A stretch of 64,000 nt of DNA from an uncultured bacterium (GTDB lineage: Bacteria > Actinomycetota > Coriobacteriia > Coriobacteriales > Coriobacteriaceae): the NCBI GenBank assembly GCA_905215505.1, contig CAJMPU010000013.1, positions 670 to 64,669 on the forward strand, given 5' to 3'. How positions within the stretch are numbered: position 1 is the stretch's first letter; each line of letters begins with the position of its first letter. Position numbers and translations under genes: made by a program. Positions 18,984 through 28,733 of the stretch are shown here, in pieces. The notes under the pieces were generated by a model. It was given only the letters and a program-made list of their open reading frames with translations. It made no database searches and was not told where the DNA came from.

Positions 18984-21734
18984 TTAGGCGGAACGCTTGG
19001 CCTCGAGCTTGGCCTGAGCGGCAGCCAGGCGCGCGAGGGGCACGCGATAGGGCGAGCAGGACACGTAGTCCACGTCGGCCACGTTAAACAGGCCCTTGAT
19101 GGACTTGGGGTCGCCGCCGTGCTCGCCGCACACGCCAAAGTGCATGTCGGGATTGGTGGCGCGGCCCTTCTCGACGGCCAAGCGCACGAGCTCCAGCACC
19201 GCCGCGTCGATGGTCTCGAAGGGGTTGTCTTTCAGGATCTTTTTATGCATGTACAGCGGGATGAACTTGGCCTCGGCGTCATCGCGCGAGAAGCCAAAGG
19301 TCGTCTGGGTGAGGTCGTTGGTGCCAAAGCAGAAGAAGTCGGCATGATGGGCGATCTCGTCAGCGACCATGCAGGCACGCGGCAGCTCGAGCATCGTGCC
19401 CACGGGAATATTGAGCTCGACGCCTTCCTCGGCGGAAACCTCGGCGATCACGCGCTCGATAACCTCGCGGGTCTGGACATGCTCGGCCGTGATGGAAACG
19501 AGCGGAACCATGATCTCGGGGCGCGGGTCGACACCCTCCTTGATAAGGCGGGCAGCGGCCGTGGCGACGGCGCGAACCTGCATGAGCGGCAGATCGCCAA
19601 AGACGACGGACAGGCGCACGCCGCGCAAGCCCAGCATGGGGTTGGACTCGACCATGCCGTCAATGCGACGCAGACGGGCGCGCAGGGCAGTGAGCTCCTC
19701 CTCGGGAGCGCCGGCGGCCTCCTTCTTGGTGATGGCGACCTCGAGCTCGCGAGGATTATCCAGGAACTCATGAAGCGGCGGATCGAGCAGGCGGACGACC
19801 ACATCGCGACCGGACATGGTCTTGAACATCGCCAGGAAGTCCTCGGTCTGAACCTTGAGCAAGTCGGCCAGGGCCTGCTGCTTCACGGCCTCATCGTCAG
19901 ACAGGATAAAGCTCTGGATGATGTTCTTGCGATCGCCCAGGAACATGTGCTCGGTGCGGCACAGACCGATGGCCTCGGCGCCAAACTCGAGCGCGAGCTC
20001 GGCATCCTCGGGGTTGTCGGCGTTGACGCGCACGTGGTTGGCGTGACCGTCGGTCTCGTCCAAACGGATCTCATCGGCCCAAGACAGGATGGTGTCCAGG
20101 TCGCCGGTGAGCTCTGCAGAGACCAGGTCGACCGCGCCGTCGACGACGATACCCTGGGTGCCGTCGATGGAGATGACATCGCCCTCGCGCAGCACGCGGT
20201 CGCTGCCCTCGATGCGCACGACCTTCTCTGCCGCGTCAATGTGGAAGCGCTCAACGCCGCAAACGCAGGGCGTACCCATGCCGCGGGCGATAACGGCGGC
20301 ATGGCTCGTCTTGCCACCGTGGCTGGTCAGGATGCCCTCGGCGGCGACCATGCCCTTCAGGTCGTCGGGGTTGGTCTCCCAGCGGACCAGAATGACCTTG
20401 TGGCCCTCGTTGGCGCGCGCGACGGCGTCATCACTCGAGAACACGACCTCGCCCACGGCGGCACCAGGGCTGGCGTTAAGGCCGCTGGCCAGGGCCTCGT
20501 ACTTCTTGGAGGCGTCGAACTGCGGGTGCAGGAGCTGGTCGAGCTGCGCGGGATCGATGCGGCTCACAGCCTCCTCGCGGGTGATGAGGCCCTCCTCGAC
20601 CATTTCGATAGCAATGCGCAGGGCGGCAGTGGCGGTGCGCTTGCCCACGCGGGTCTGGAGCATCCAGAGCTTGCCCTGCTCGATGGTAAACTCGATATCG
20701 CACATATCGCGGTAATGATCCTCGAGCGTCAGGAACACGCGCTCGAGCTCCTCGCCTGCGGACTCGAGGCCCGAGGTGGTCTTGAGGTCGGCGATGGGCT
20801 CGGTGTTTCGGATGCCGGCGACGACGTCCTCGCCCTGGGCATTCACCAAAAAGTCGCCATAGAACTCCTTGGTGCCGTCGGCCGGGTTGCGCGTAAAGGC
20901 GACGCCGGTCGCAGAGGTCTCGCCCTTGTTGCCAAAGGCCATGGCCTGGACGTTGACGGCGGTGCCGAGCTCGTCGGAAATGCCGTGCTGCTTGCGGTAG
21001 ATGCAGGCGCGCTCGTTCATCCAGCTGCCAAAGACGGCCTGGATGGCAAGGCGCAGCTGGAGCTCCGGATCGTGCGGGAAAACGAGCTTACCGTCGGCGA
21101 CCTCGAGCTCGGGATACAGGGTCGCCTCGACGTTCTCGGAGAAGATGCCCTTAAAGGTCTCGACGAGCTCCTGCAGGTCCTCGGCCGAAAGCTCGGAATC
21201 GACACGAACGCCGGCGACCAGGCGGGCCTGGGTCAGGGCGTTCTCGAATAGGTCGGCGTCGACGCCCATGACGACGTTGGAGAACATCTGGATAAAGCGA
21301 CGGTAGCTGTCCCAGGCAAAGCGCGGGTTCTGCGTCTGCGCGATAAGACCCTGGACGGAATCGTCGTTGAGACCCAGGTTGAGGACCGTGTCCATCATGC
21401 CGGGCATGGAGAACGGAGCGCCCGAGCGAACCGACACGAGCAGCGGATCGGAGGCATCGCCGAGTTTCTTGCCGCAACGGGCCTCGAGGTCCGCCTCGGC
21501 GGCAACGATCTCATCGAGTGCGCCTTCGGGCCAGACGTTGCCGGCAACGGAGTACTCGACACAGGTCTGGCAGGTAATGGTAAAGCCACCGGGAACCGGC
21601 AGACCGATGCGGCTCATCTCGGCAAGGTTTGCGCCTTTGCCGCCAAGCACGAAGTTCATGGATTTGTCGCCCTCAGTGACACAGGTGCCCTGGGCGTCGG
21701 TTCCAAAACGGTAAACCCTCTTGCAATCGCTCAC
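18984..21734 (-). CDS. ppdK: Pyruvate, phosphate dikinase
   Basis: LGGKGANL, SVRSGA, MPGMMDTVLNLG, GGKTSHAAV phospho-His motif, GLCRTEHMF, FGTNDLTQ, CGEHGG. Confidence 0.97.
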   Translation of the reverse strand: MSDCKRVYRFGTDAQGTCVTEGDKSMNFVLGGKGANLAEMSRIGLPVPGGFTITCQTCVEYSVAGNVWPEGALDEIVAAEADLEARCGKKLGDASDPLLVSVRSGAPFSMPGMMDTVLNLGLNDDSVQGLIAQTQNPRFAWDSYRRFIQMFSNVVMGVDADLFENALTQARLVAGVRVDSELSAEDLQELVETFKGIFSENVEATLYPELEVADGKLVFPHDPELQLRLAIQAVFGSWMNERACIYRKQHGISDELGTAVNVQAMAFGNKGETSATGVAFTRNPADGTKEFYGDFLVNAQGEDVVAGIRNTEPIADLKTTSGLESAGEELERVFLTLEDHYRDMCDIEFTIEQGKLWMLQTRVGKRTATAALRIAIEMVEEGLITREEAVSRIDPAQLDQLLHPQFDASKKYEALASGLNASPGAAVGEVVFSSDDAVARANEGHKVILVRWETNPDDLKGMVAAEGILTSHGGKTSHAAVIARGMGTPCVCGVERFHIDAAEKVVRIEGSDRVLREGDVISIDGTQGIVVDGAVDLVSAELTGDLDTILSWADEIRLDETDGHANHVRVNADNPEDAELALEFGAEAIGLCRTEHMFLGDRKNIIQSFILSDDEAVKQQALADLLKVQTEDFLAMFKTMSGRDVVVRLLDPPLHEFLDNPRELEVAITKKEAAGAPEEELTALRARLRRIDGMVESNPMLGLRGVRLSVVFGDLPLMQVRAVATAAARLIKEGVDPRPEIMVPLVSITAEHVQTREVIERVIAEVSAEEGVELNIPVGTMLELPRACMVADEIAHHADFFCFGTNDLTQTTFGFSRDDAEAKFIPLYMHKKILKDNPFETIDAAVLELVRLAVEKGRATNPDMHFGVCGEHGGDPKSIKGLFNVADVDYVSCSPYRVPLARLAAAQAKLEAKRSA

Positions 21735-21998
21735 GATACTTCCCCTTCCATGCGCTTACGCGCACGACCGTGGTAACGAATCGACCCGCCGGATGCGGGC
21801 CGTGAGGGAACTATACGGCGGGTTTTGGACAGGCTTGAGCAGAGGGTGCGCGGTTTGGTAAACGTGCTAAAACCGACGGTAAACGGTAGGTAAAGGTGGT
21901 TACCTTATGAAGATACCACTACAATAAAAATGCAGGTCGGATGCGATGTTTTTGCTAAATCGCTTTACCATTTATCAGCATTATTTCCAAGTATTCTC

Positions 21999-22053
21999 TT
22001 TGGGTAGCTAAAAGAGCCCCGTCCCAAATTAGCTACCCAAACAACCTTGTCCC
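21999..22053 (-). repeat. Palindromic REP-like element with GGGACGGG loop, plus adjacent GGGACAAG copy
   Basis: Perfect 13-bp arms TTTGGGTAGCTAA / TTAGCTACCCAAA around AAGAGCCCCGTCCCAAA. Confidence 0.5.
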
Positions 22054-22060
22054 AAGTGAG

Positions 22061-22936
22061 CTACTTTTGTTGAGCGCGGCGGGCGGCGCGGCGGGCACGG
22101 GCATCTTGGATTTCCTCCAAGTGGCTAATGATCTCGGCAGCGCTTTCCTCGATGGCCTTGCCATCGGTACGCACCACAAAGCAGCCTAGGCGCTTCATGA
22201 GGGCACGGGCTTCCTCAAGCTCGCTGCGCACACTCTCGGGCTCGGCATAGGAGCCGGCAACGGCACGGGCGTAGTCATCGCCCAAGCGACTATCGCGAAT
22301 TTCGGAAATCACATCGACGGTCGAGATCAGACCAAACAACCGCATCGGGTCAACCTCGTAAATCGACTTCGGCGGCTCCATGCCATGCGCCAGTGGGACA
22401 TTGGCGACCTTGTAGCCCTGATAGGCTAAATACATCGACAGCGGCGTCTTGGATGTACGCGACACACCCAGCAGCACGATATCGGCACCCGACAGATCGT
22501 CGCAACCGCGCCCGTCATCGTGCTCAACGAAATACTCCATGGCCTCGATACGATGGAAATAGCGGTCATCGGTCTTGTGAATCACGCCCGCAACGCACTT
22601 GGGCGGCACACCGATGAGCGACGACAGCACGGCAAGCGTCGGGCCGATCAGGTCGACCGAACGGATATGCAGCATACCCAGGTAATCGAGCACGCGGGCG
22701 CGAAGCGCCGGATCGACAATGGTATGGAACACGGCGACATCGCGATGGTCGGCATCGACGCGCGGCCCCACAAATGACTTGACCTGCTCCACGGAGGTCA
22801 CCTTGGGCAGGCGCAAAACGCGAAAAGCCCCTTCATCAAATTGCCCGGACGCCGCAAGCACCACCTCACAAGCGGTATCGCCGAGCGAGTCGGAGATAAC
22901 GATAACGGTGGGACGAGCGGTGACCGGGCAATCCAT
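22061..22936 (-). CDS. ppsR: Pyruvate phosphate dikinase regulatory protein (kinase/pyrophosphorylase, DUF299)
   Basis: ISDSLGDTA, YFHRIEAMEY, HDDG, GVSRTSKTPLSMYLA, KAIEESA; adjacent to ppdK. Confidence 0.93.
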   Translation of the reverse strand: MDCPVTARPTVIVISDSLGDTACEVVLAASGQFDEGAFRVLRLPKVTSVEQVKSFVGPRVDADHRDVAVFHTIVDPALRARVLDYLGMLHIRSVDLIGPTLAVLSSLIGVPPKCVAGVIHKTDDRYFHRIEAMEYFVEHDDGRGCDDLSGADIVLLGVSRTSKTPLSMYLAYQGYKVANVPLAHGMEPPKSIYEVDPMRLFGLISTVDVISEIRDSRLGDDYARAVAGSYAEPESVRSELEEARALMKRLGCFVVRTDGKAIEESAAEIISHLEEIQDARARRAARRAQQK

Positions 22937-22970
22937 GCGGGGCTCCTTTTGCGCTTATGCGCAGGCTGGC

Positions 22971-25067
22971 TTACTTTTTGCGGGCAAGCTCACCGATGTT
23001 GGCAATGCCGGAGAAAACGGCCTCGAAGCGGTTGAGCAGCTTAAGGCGATTATCGCGAAGCAGCTCGTCCTTGTCCATGACCATGACCTCATCGAAGAAA
23101 CGGTCGATGGGCGCGCGCAGGGCGGCGAGGGCGGCAAATGCGGTCGGGTAGTCCTCGGCAGCAAGGGCGGCATCGACGGCGGTCTGAGCAGCCTCGGAGG
23201 CGTCGGCGAGCGCAAGCTCGACCTCGCCCATCAGGCTGCGGTCATACTCCGCACCCAGCTCGGGCTTGGAGATATGCGCGGCGCGGGCATAGGCGGTCGC
23301 CAGGTTGTCGAACGTCTCAGCGTCGTTCTTGCGGGCCTCGTCGAGGGCGGCGCAGCGGGCGAAGAAGACGGACGGGGCGATGATGTGCACCGCGGAGACG
23401 GCGGCGACGGTATCGGCCGGAATCTTTTCGTCGCGGGCCATGCTCACCAGGCGGCCATGGAAGAAGTCACGAACCTGCTGGGCGACCTCGGCGGCGTCGA
23501 ACTCAATGCCCTGCTCACTGTAGAGTTCGAGGGCAAAGTCGATGAGCGACGTGGGGTCGATCGGCAGACGGTCGCGCAGGATGTTGATAATGCCGATAGC
23601 GGCACGACGCAGCGCGTAGGGGTCGGAGGAGCCGGTCGGGGGCTCGCCGATGGCAAAGATACCGGCGATGGTATCGAGCTTGTCGGCGCAGGCCACGATG
23701 CAGCCAGCGGTGCCCTCGGGCAGCTCGTCACCGGCAAAACGGGGACGATAGTGATCGCGAATAGCATGGGCGACCTCGTCGTTCTCCCCCATCGCGGTCG
23801 CGTAATAACCGCCCATCACGCCCTGCTGGCTCGTGAACTCGACGACGGCGTTGGACACCAGGTCTGCCTTGCACAGGTGTGCGGCGCGAGCGGCGTCGGC
23901 GGCAAGATGGGCGCCCAGGTGAGCCTCGCGGGCGATAGCGAGCGCGAGCTGCTCGATGCGCTCGGACTTGGCGAGCACGCTACCGAGCTTCTCCTGGAAG
24001 GCAACCTTGGACAGACGCTCACGGAACTCGTCGAGGGAGATCTTCAGGTCCTCCTCGTAGAAGAACTTAGCGTCGTCCAGACGGGCGCGCACGACGCGCT
24101 CGTTACCGTCGATCACTCGCTCGGCGTTCTCGGGCTTGCTGTTGGAGACGACCACGAACTCACGCGTCAGCTTGCCCTCGCCGTCATAGATCGGGAAGTA
24201 GCGCTGGTTGGTGAGCATGGACTCGCAGATAATCTCGTGCGGGACCTTGAGGAACTCCTCGTCGAAAGTACCGACGAGCACCGTCGGCCACTCGCAGAGG
24301 TTAATGACCTCCTCAAAGACCTTCTTGGGCGTATCGACATGGCAGCCGGGGCGAGCGGCCTCGACCTCGGAGATACCGGCAAGGATGGCCTCGCGACGGC
24401 GCTCGGCAGAAAGCACGCCGGCGTCCTCGAGTACCTGCTCGTAGGCGGCGGGGCTGGCGACAACGTGGTCACCGGGGCCGAGCACGCGATGGCCGCGCGT
24501 GGTGTTGCCGCTCGTCACGTCGGCAAATGACACAGGCACAACATCCTCGCCCAGAAGGCAGCAAATCCAGCGGACCGGACGCACGAACGTCGCGTGCTCG
24601 TGGCCCCAGCGCTGGGAGCGGTAGTTGGGCCACTGCAGGCCGGCAATGGTCTTCTCGCACAGGGCCGTCAGGATCGGGGTTGCCGGTGCGGAGGGAATGT
24701 TCTTCTCGGCAAAGACATACTCGCGACCGTCGGTATCCTCACGACGGACCAGGTCCTCGGCAGCCACACCGCACTTGCGGGCGAAGCCCTGGGCGGCCTT
24801 GGTGGCGTTACCGTCAGCGTCGAAGGCGATGTTTGCCGCGGGGCCACGCTTGACCTCGTGAACCTCATCGGTCGCGGTGGCGACGTCGGCCACGAGTGCA
24901 GCCAAACGACGCGGACTCGAGATCACGCGGACCTCGCCGTGGGCCAGACCGGCCTCGTCGAGACCCTTGGCGATCATGGTGCCAAGCTGCTTGACGGCAT
25001 TGTTCAGCGGTGCGGAGGGCATTTCCTCCGTACCGATCTCAAACAGGAAATCCTTAGCGTCTGCCAT
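22971..25067 (-). CDS. glyS: Glycine--tRNA ligase beta subunit
   Basis: LFEIGTEEMP, SPRRLA, FVRPVRW, GNERVVRARLDDAKFF, CKADL, TGSSDPYALRR. Confidence 0.96.
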   Translation of the reverse strand: MADAKDFLFEIGTEEMPSAPLNNAVKQLGTMIAKGLDEAGLAHGEVRVISSPRRLAALVADVATATDEVHEVKRGPAANIAFDADGNATKAAQGFARKCGVAAEDLVRREDTDGREYVFAEKNIPSAPATPILTALCEKTIAGLQWPNYRSQRWGHEHATFVRPVRWICCLLGEDVVPVSFADVTSGNTTRGHRVLGPGDHVVASPAAYEQVLEDAGVLSAERRREAILAGISEVEAARPGCHVDTPKKVFEEVINLCEWPTVLVGTFDEEFLKVPHEIICESMLTNQRYFPIYDGEGKLTREFVVVSNSKPENAERVIDGNERVVRARLDDAKFFYEEDLKISLDEFRERLSKVAFQEKLGSVLAKSERIEQLALAIAREAHLGAHLAADAARAAHLCKADLVSNAVVEFTSQQGVMGGYYATAMGENDEVAHAIRDHYRPRFAGDELPEGTAGCIVACADKLDTIAGIFAIGEPPTGSSDPYALRRAAIGIINILRDRLPIDPTSLIDFALELYSEQGIEFDAAEVAQQVRDFFHGRLVSMARDEKIPADTVAAVSAVHIIAPSVFFARCAALDEARKNDAETFDNLATAYARAAHISKPELGAEYDRSLMGEVELALADASEAAQTAVDAALAAEDYPTAFAALAALRAPIDRFFDEVMVMDKDELLRDNRLKLLNRFEAVFSGIANIGELARKK

Positions 25068-25070
25068 GGC

Positions 25071-25982
25071 TTACGCCACCTCGCCTTCCTGGTTGGCATT
25101 CTCGTTGACTCCGGCGACCTCGGCCATATAGGCCTCGCAGCACGCCTTGGCGACGGCGCGGACACGCAGGATGTAGTTGGCACGCTCGACCGCAGACAGA
25201 GCGCCGCGGGCATCGAGCAGATTGAAAGCGTGGCTGCACTTCATGACGCAGTCGTATGCGGGCAACGGCAGCTTGCGCTCCAGGCAGGAATGGCACTCGG
25301 CCTCGTAGTCGTCAAACTTCTGACGCATCATCTCGACGTTGGCGACCTCAAAGTTATAGGCACTGAATTCGCGCTCGTTCTCGAGGAACACGTCGCCGTA
25401 GGTCATGGGCGTGCCATCGGGCAGGTAGCTCCACACCAGATCGTAGACCGAGTTGACGCCCTGGGCGTACATGGCGATACGCTCCAGGCCATAGGTAATC
25501 TCGACGGGCACGGGGGCGACCTCGATACCGCCCACCTGCTGGAAGTACGTAAACTGCGTGACCTCCATGCCGTTGAGCCAGACCTCCCAGCCAAGGCCCC
25601 AGGCGCCCAGGGTCGGGCTCTCCCAGTCGTCCTCGACAAAGCGGACGTCATGGTCGTTGGGGTCCAGGCCAATGGCGGCCAGCGAACCCAGGTAGAGCTC
25701 CTGGGCGTTGACCGGCGACGGCTTGATGAGCACCTGGAACTGATAGTAGTGCTGCATGCGGTTAGGGTTCTCGCCGTAGCGGCCGTCGGCGGGACGGCGG
25801 CAAGGCTGCGCATAGCAGGTGCGCCACTCGGCGGGACCGAGCGAGCGCAGCGTGGTCGCGGTATGGAAGGTACCGGCACCGACCTCGGAGTCATAGGGCT
25901 GCATAATGACGCAGCCCTGCTCGCCCCAGTACTGCTGGAGGCGCAGGATGATGTCTTGGAAGGAAAGCGATGAAGCGTTCAT
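25071..25982 (-). CDS. glyQ: Glycine--tRNA ligase alpha subunit
   Basis: [45 protein letters not shown]. Confidence 0.98.
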   Translation of the reverse strand: MNASSLSFQDIILRLQQYWGEQGCVIMQPYDSEVGAGTFHTATTLRSLGPAEWRTCYAQPCRRPADGRYGENPNRMQHYYQFQVLIKPSPVNAQELYLGSLAAIGLDPNDHDVRFVEDDWESPTLGAWGLGWEVWLNGMEVTQFTYFQQVGGIEVAPVPVEITYGLERIAMYAQGVNSVYDLVWSYLPDGTPMTYGDVFLENEREFSAYNFEVANVEMMRQKFDDYEAECHSCLERKLPLPAYDCVMKCSHAFNLLDARGALSAVERANYILRVRAVAKACCEAYMAEVAGVNENANQEGEVA

Positions 25983-26041
25983 GCCTCTAATATCCCCTCG
26001 TCGAAACGATTACACGGTTAGGTACTGTACTATAGCGGTTT

Positions 26042-26611
26042 TTAGTCGATAGCGCCGATGCGGTTGAGCGGCCAGTAGCGCACAAGCGCCACAGCGATCA
26101 AATCAGAGCGATCGACGGGACCAAAGTAGCGCGAGTCGGCAGAGTTTTCGCGGTTGTCGCCCATCACCCACACGCACCCGTCGGGAACGGTGTAGGGATA
26201 ACTCACCTGGGCGCCAGGCGCTTGGACCGAAAGCGGCCAGCTCATGCCCGTCGTATAGTCCTCGTCGAGCGCCTGGCCGTCAACGACGACCTTGCCGTCC
26301 TGAAGGTCGACCGTCTGGCCGGCCGTGGCGATGACGCGCTTTACCAGCACGTCATGCTCGGATGTGGCATCGGGGTTGTGAAACACCACGATATCGCCCT
26401 GTTTGACGGGCTGTCCGAGTTCGAGCGTCACCTTCTGCGCCAGAATCTGATCGCCGATCTCGATCGTGTCCTCCATGGAACCGGTGGGCACTACAAAGGG
26501 CTCGACCACAAACGAGCGAATCAAGAAGGTGGCGACCAGTGCGATCGCGATGACCGCGATCCACTCAAAAGCGCCCCTCAACGCGGAATGTTGCGTAGGA
26601 ACCATACTCAC
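26042..26611 (-). CDS. lepB: Signal peptidase I
   Basis: N-terminal TM, VPTGSME, LVKRVI, MGDNRENSADSRYFG. Confidence 0.95.
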   Translation of the reverse strand: MSMVPTQHSALRGAFEWIAVIAIALVATFLIRSFVVEPFVVPTGSMEDTIEIGDQILAQKVTLELGQPVKQGDIVVFHNPDATSEHDVLVKRVIATAGQTVDLQDGKVVVDGQALDEDYTTGMSWPLSVQAPGAQVSYPYTVPDGCVWVMGDNRENSADSRYFGPVDRSDLIAVALVRYWPLNRIGAID

Positions 26612-27366
26612 TCCTCGCTCTGCGAATACGAAGCGTCAAGGATCACCTGCGCGTAAGCGCGCTCCTCGGGCGTGAGCCGCGCCGTCTCGATCAAGTCCGG
26701 ACGCCAGCGGCAGGTGCGCTCGATGGCGTTCTTGCGACGCCAGGCATCGACCTTGGCGTGATCGCCGCTCACAAGCACCGGAGGCACGCCCTCGCCGTTG
26801 AACTCGGCGGGACGGGTGTACTGCGCGTACTCGAGCAGGCCTCCGTCCTCGGCGGTCGAGAACGACTCGTCGACGTTGCTCATCTCATCACCAAGGGCGC
26901 CGGGAATGAGGCGCACGACGGCATCGGCAACGACCATAGCGGGAAGTTCGCCGCCCGTAAGCACGTAGTCGCCGATCGACAGACGCTCATCGGCATACGC
27001 ATACGCGCGCTCGTCGACGCCCTCGTAGCGGCTGCACACAAACAGCAGGCGCTCACTTTTGAGCAGGCGCTCGGCCACATGCTGCGTAAAGGGCTCGCCA
27101 CAGGGGGTGAAGAACACAACCGTGGGCTTGGGACCCTCTGCGCTAATGGCCTCGATGGCCTCTGCGATAGGCTCGACCTTCATGAGCATGCCCTGCCCGC
27201 CGCCGTACGGCTCGTCATCGACGGTACGATGACGGTCGTGCGTCCAGTCGCGCAGGTTATACGCCTTAAAATCAAAAAGGCCGGCCTTACGGGCGCGGCC
27301 CAAAATCGATGTGGACATGACGGGCTCAAACATCTCGGGAAAGACCGAAAGGGTCTCAATCAGCAT
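26608..27366 (-). CDS. trmD: tRNA (guanine37-N1)-methyltransferase
   Basis: VDDEPYGGG, RYEGVDER, SIGDYVLTGGE, YTRP. Confidence 0.97.
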   Translation of the reverse strand: MLIETLSVFPEMFEPVMSTSILGRARKAGLFDFKAYNLRDWTHDRHRTVDDEPYGGGQGMLMKVEPIAEAIEAISAEGPKPTVVFFTPCGEPFTQHVAERLLKSERLLFVCSRYEGVDERAYAYADERLSIGDYVLTGGELPAMVVADAVVRLIPGALGDEMSNVDESFSTAEDGGLLEYAQYTRPAEFNGEGVPPVLVSGDHAKVDAWRRKNAIERTCRWRPDLIETARLTPEERAYAQVILDASYSQSEE

Positions 27367-27376
27367 GTTGTCCTCC

Positions 27377-27898
27377 CTACTTGTCCATATCGATCAGGCC
27401 GTCCATAACGTGGACGGAAATTGTTCCTGTGTCGGGAAGATCGAGCACAACCTGCTCGATCACGGGAATCAGTACCTCGCCGTACCGATCGCCCTCGACA
27501 ACCCAAACATCGTTGGCGGGCGTCGACATGATCTCGACAATCGTGCCGAGCGAACCGAAGCGCTCGTCGACCACCTCGCGGCCCATCAGGTCGGTATAGG
27601 CGGCGTCGAGTGAATCGAGCTCAAAATCGTCACGATTTGCCAACACATAGCATCCCGTGATGCCCTCGGCGGCCGTCAAGTCGTCAATACCCTCAAACGA
27701 GACCAGATCGCCATCGCCCGTATCGGTGACGGACACGACCGTGCAAAAGCGGTCGCGCTTGAGCGCCGGCGGCGTCAGGGCGACGCGCATACCCGGCTCT
27801 AATACAGAAGGAAGCCCCCGCAGCGGCTGCGCGAGGACCTCCCCCTTCCTTCCGTGCGGCTTGACCACACGGGCGATGTTTTTGTACTGGGACCTCAA
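27377..27898 (-). CDS. rimM: Ribosome maturation factor RimM
   Basis: KPHGRKGEV, TPANDVW, EVLIP; lies between khpA and trmD. Confidence 0.92.
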   Translation of the reverse strand: MRSQYKNIARVVKPHGRKGEVLAQPLRGLPSVLEPGMRVALTPPALKRDRFCTVVSVTDTGDGDLVSFEGIDDLTAAEGITGCYVLANRDDFELDSLDAAYTDLMGREVVDERFGSLGTIVEIMSTPANDVWVVEGDRYGEVLIPVIEQVVLDLPDTGTISVHVMDGLIDMDK

Positions 27899-27902
27899 GG
27901 TC

Positions 27903-28187
27903 CTAGCCCAGAACCTCTACCTCGACAGCAGTGTCGAGGCGAGCGGCCAGTGCACGGGCGAGCGTGCGAATGGCCTTGATGGTACGGCCACGACGGCCGA
28001 TGACCTTAGCGACGTCATCCTCGGCGACCGAAACCTCGATCGTAGAGGCGTCGTCACCATCGATGACCTCAAGGCTCACGGAATCCGGGTCGTCGACGAT
28101 CTGAACAACGAGATATTCGACGAGATCGGCGATGCGATCTGAGAGCATTGCCTCACCCTCGAGCTGTGCAGCGTCAACCTCAGGCAC
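27903..28187 (-). CDS. khpA: KH-domain RNA-binding protein (KhpA/YlqC)
   Basis: DVAKVIGRRGRTIKAIRT; rpsP-khpA-rimM synteny. Confidence 0.9.
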   Translation of the reverse strand: MPEVDAAQLEGEAMLSDRIADLVEYLVVQIVDDPDSVSLEVIDGDDASTIEVSVAEDDVAKVIGRRGRTIKAIRTLARALAARLDTAVEVEVLG

Positions 28188-28190
28188 GAT

Positions 28191-28532
28191 TTACTCCTCG
28201 GCGCCCTCAGCGGCCTCAGCGGCAGCCTTAGCGGCCTCGGCCTCTTTGGCGAGCTGCTTCTTGGACTTCTTGACGACGGTCTCGGTCTTCTCGCCCTCGT
28301 TGGCGGCCTTGACCAGAGCGGCGACGGCGTCGGTGAGCTGAGCGCCCTTGGACTGCCAGTCGGCGATCTTCTCGAGGTCGAGGTTGATGGTCTTGGGGGC
28401 GGTCATCGGGTTGTAGCGGCCAACCTCCTCGATGATACGACCGTCACGCGGGGCGCGGGAATCGGCGACGACGACACGGTAGTACGGACGCTTCTTAGCG
28501 CCGTGACGAGCAAGGCGAATCTTGACTGCCAA
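28191..28532 (-). CDS. rpsP: 30S ribosomal protein S16
   Basis: [36 protein letters not shown] start. Confidence 0.97.
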   Translation of the reverse strand: MAVKIRLARHGAKKRPYYRVVVADSRAPRDGRIIEEVGRYNPMTAPKTINLDLEKIADWQSKGAQLTDAVAALVKAANEGEKTETVVKKSKKQLAKEAEAAKAAAEAAEGAEE

Positions 28533-28733
28533 AGGAAACTCCTCCAACCAAGCAGCTTTAGGCTGCAACTACAAACAAACAGTTGAACATAATACGCCAT
28601 CGACGCGGGCAGGTGAAGTCCGTGAGACCAACTTCTTCGGTGTAGTCGAAGGCAAATCCATATCTTAGACAAGAATTCGCGATTTGCAAGCACATCCACG
28701 CACCCCACATGAGCTGCGCGGTATACTCATGCC

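Noticed and set aside
21735..22060. CRISPR or mini-array in the AT-richer intergenic region
   Set aside because: Repeats are only 6-7 nt with irregular spacing, and no cas genes are present.
25983..26041. T-box riboswitch before glyQ (or before proS)
   Set aside because: The intergenic space is 59 nt (0 nt for proS) and no T-box consensus is visible.
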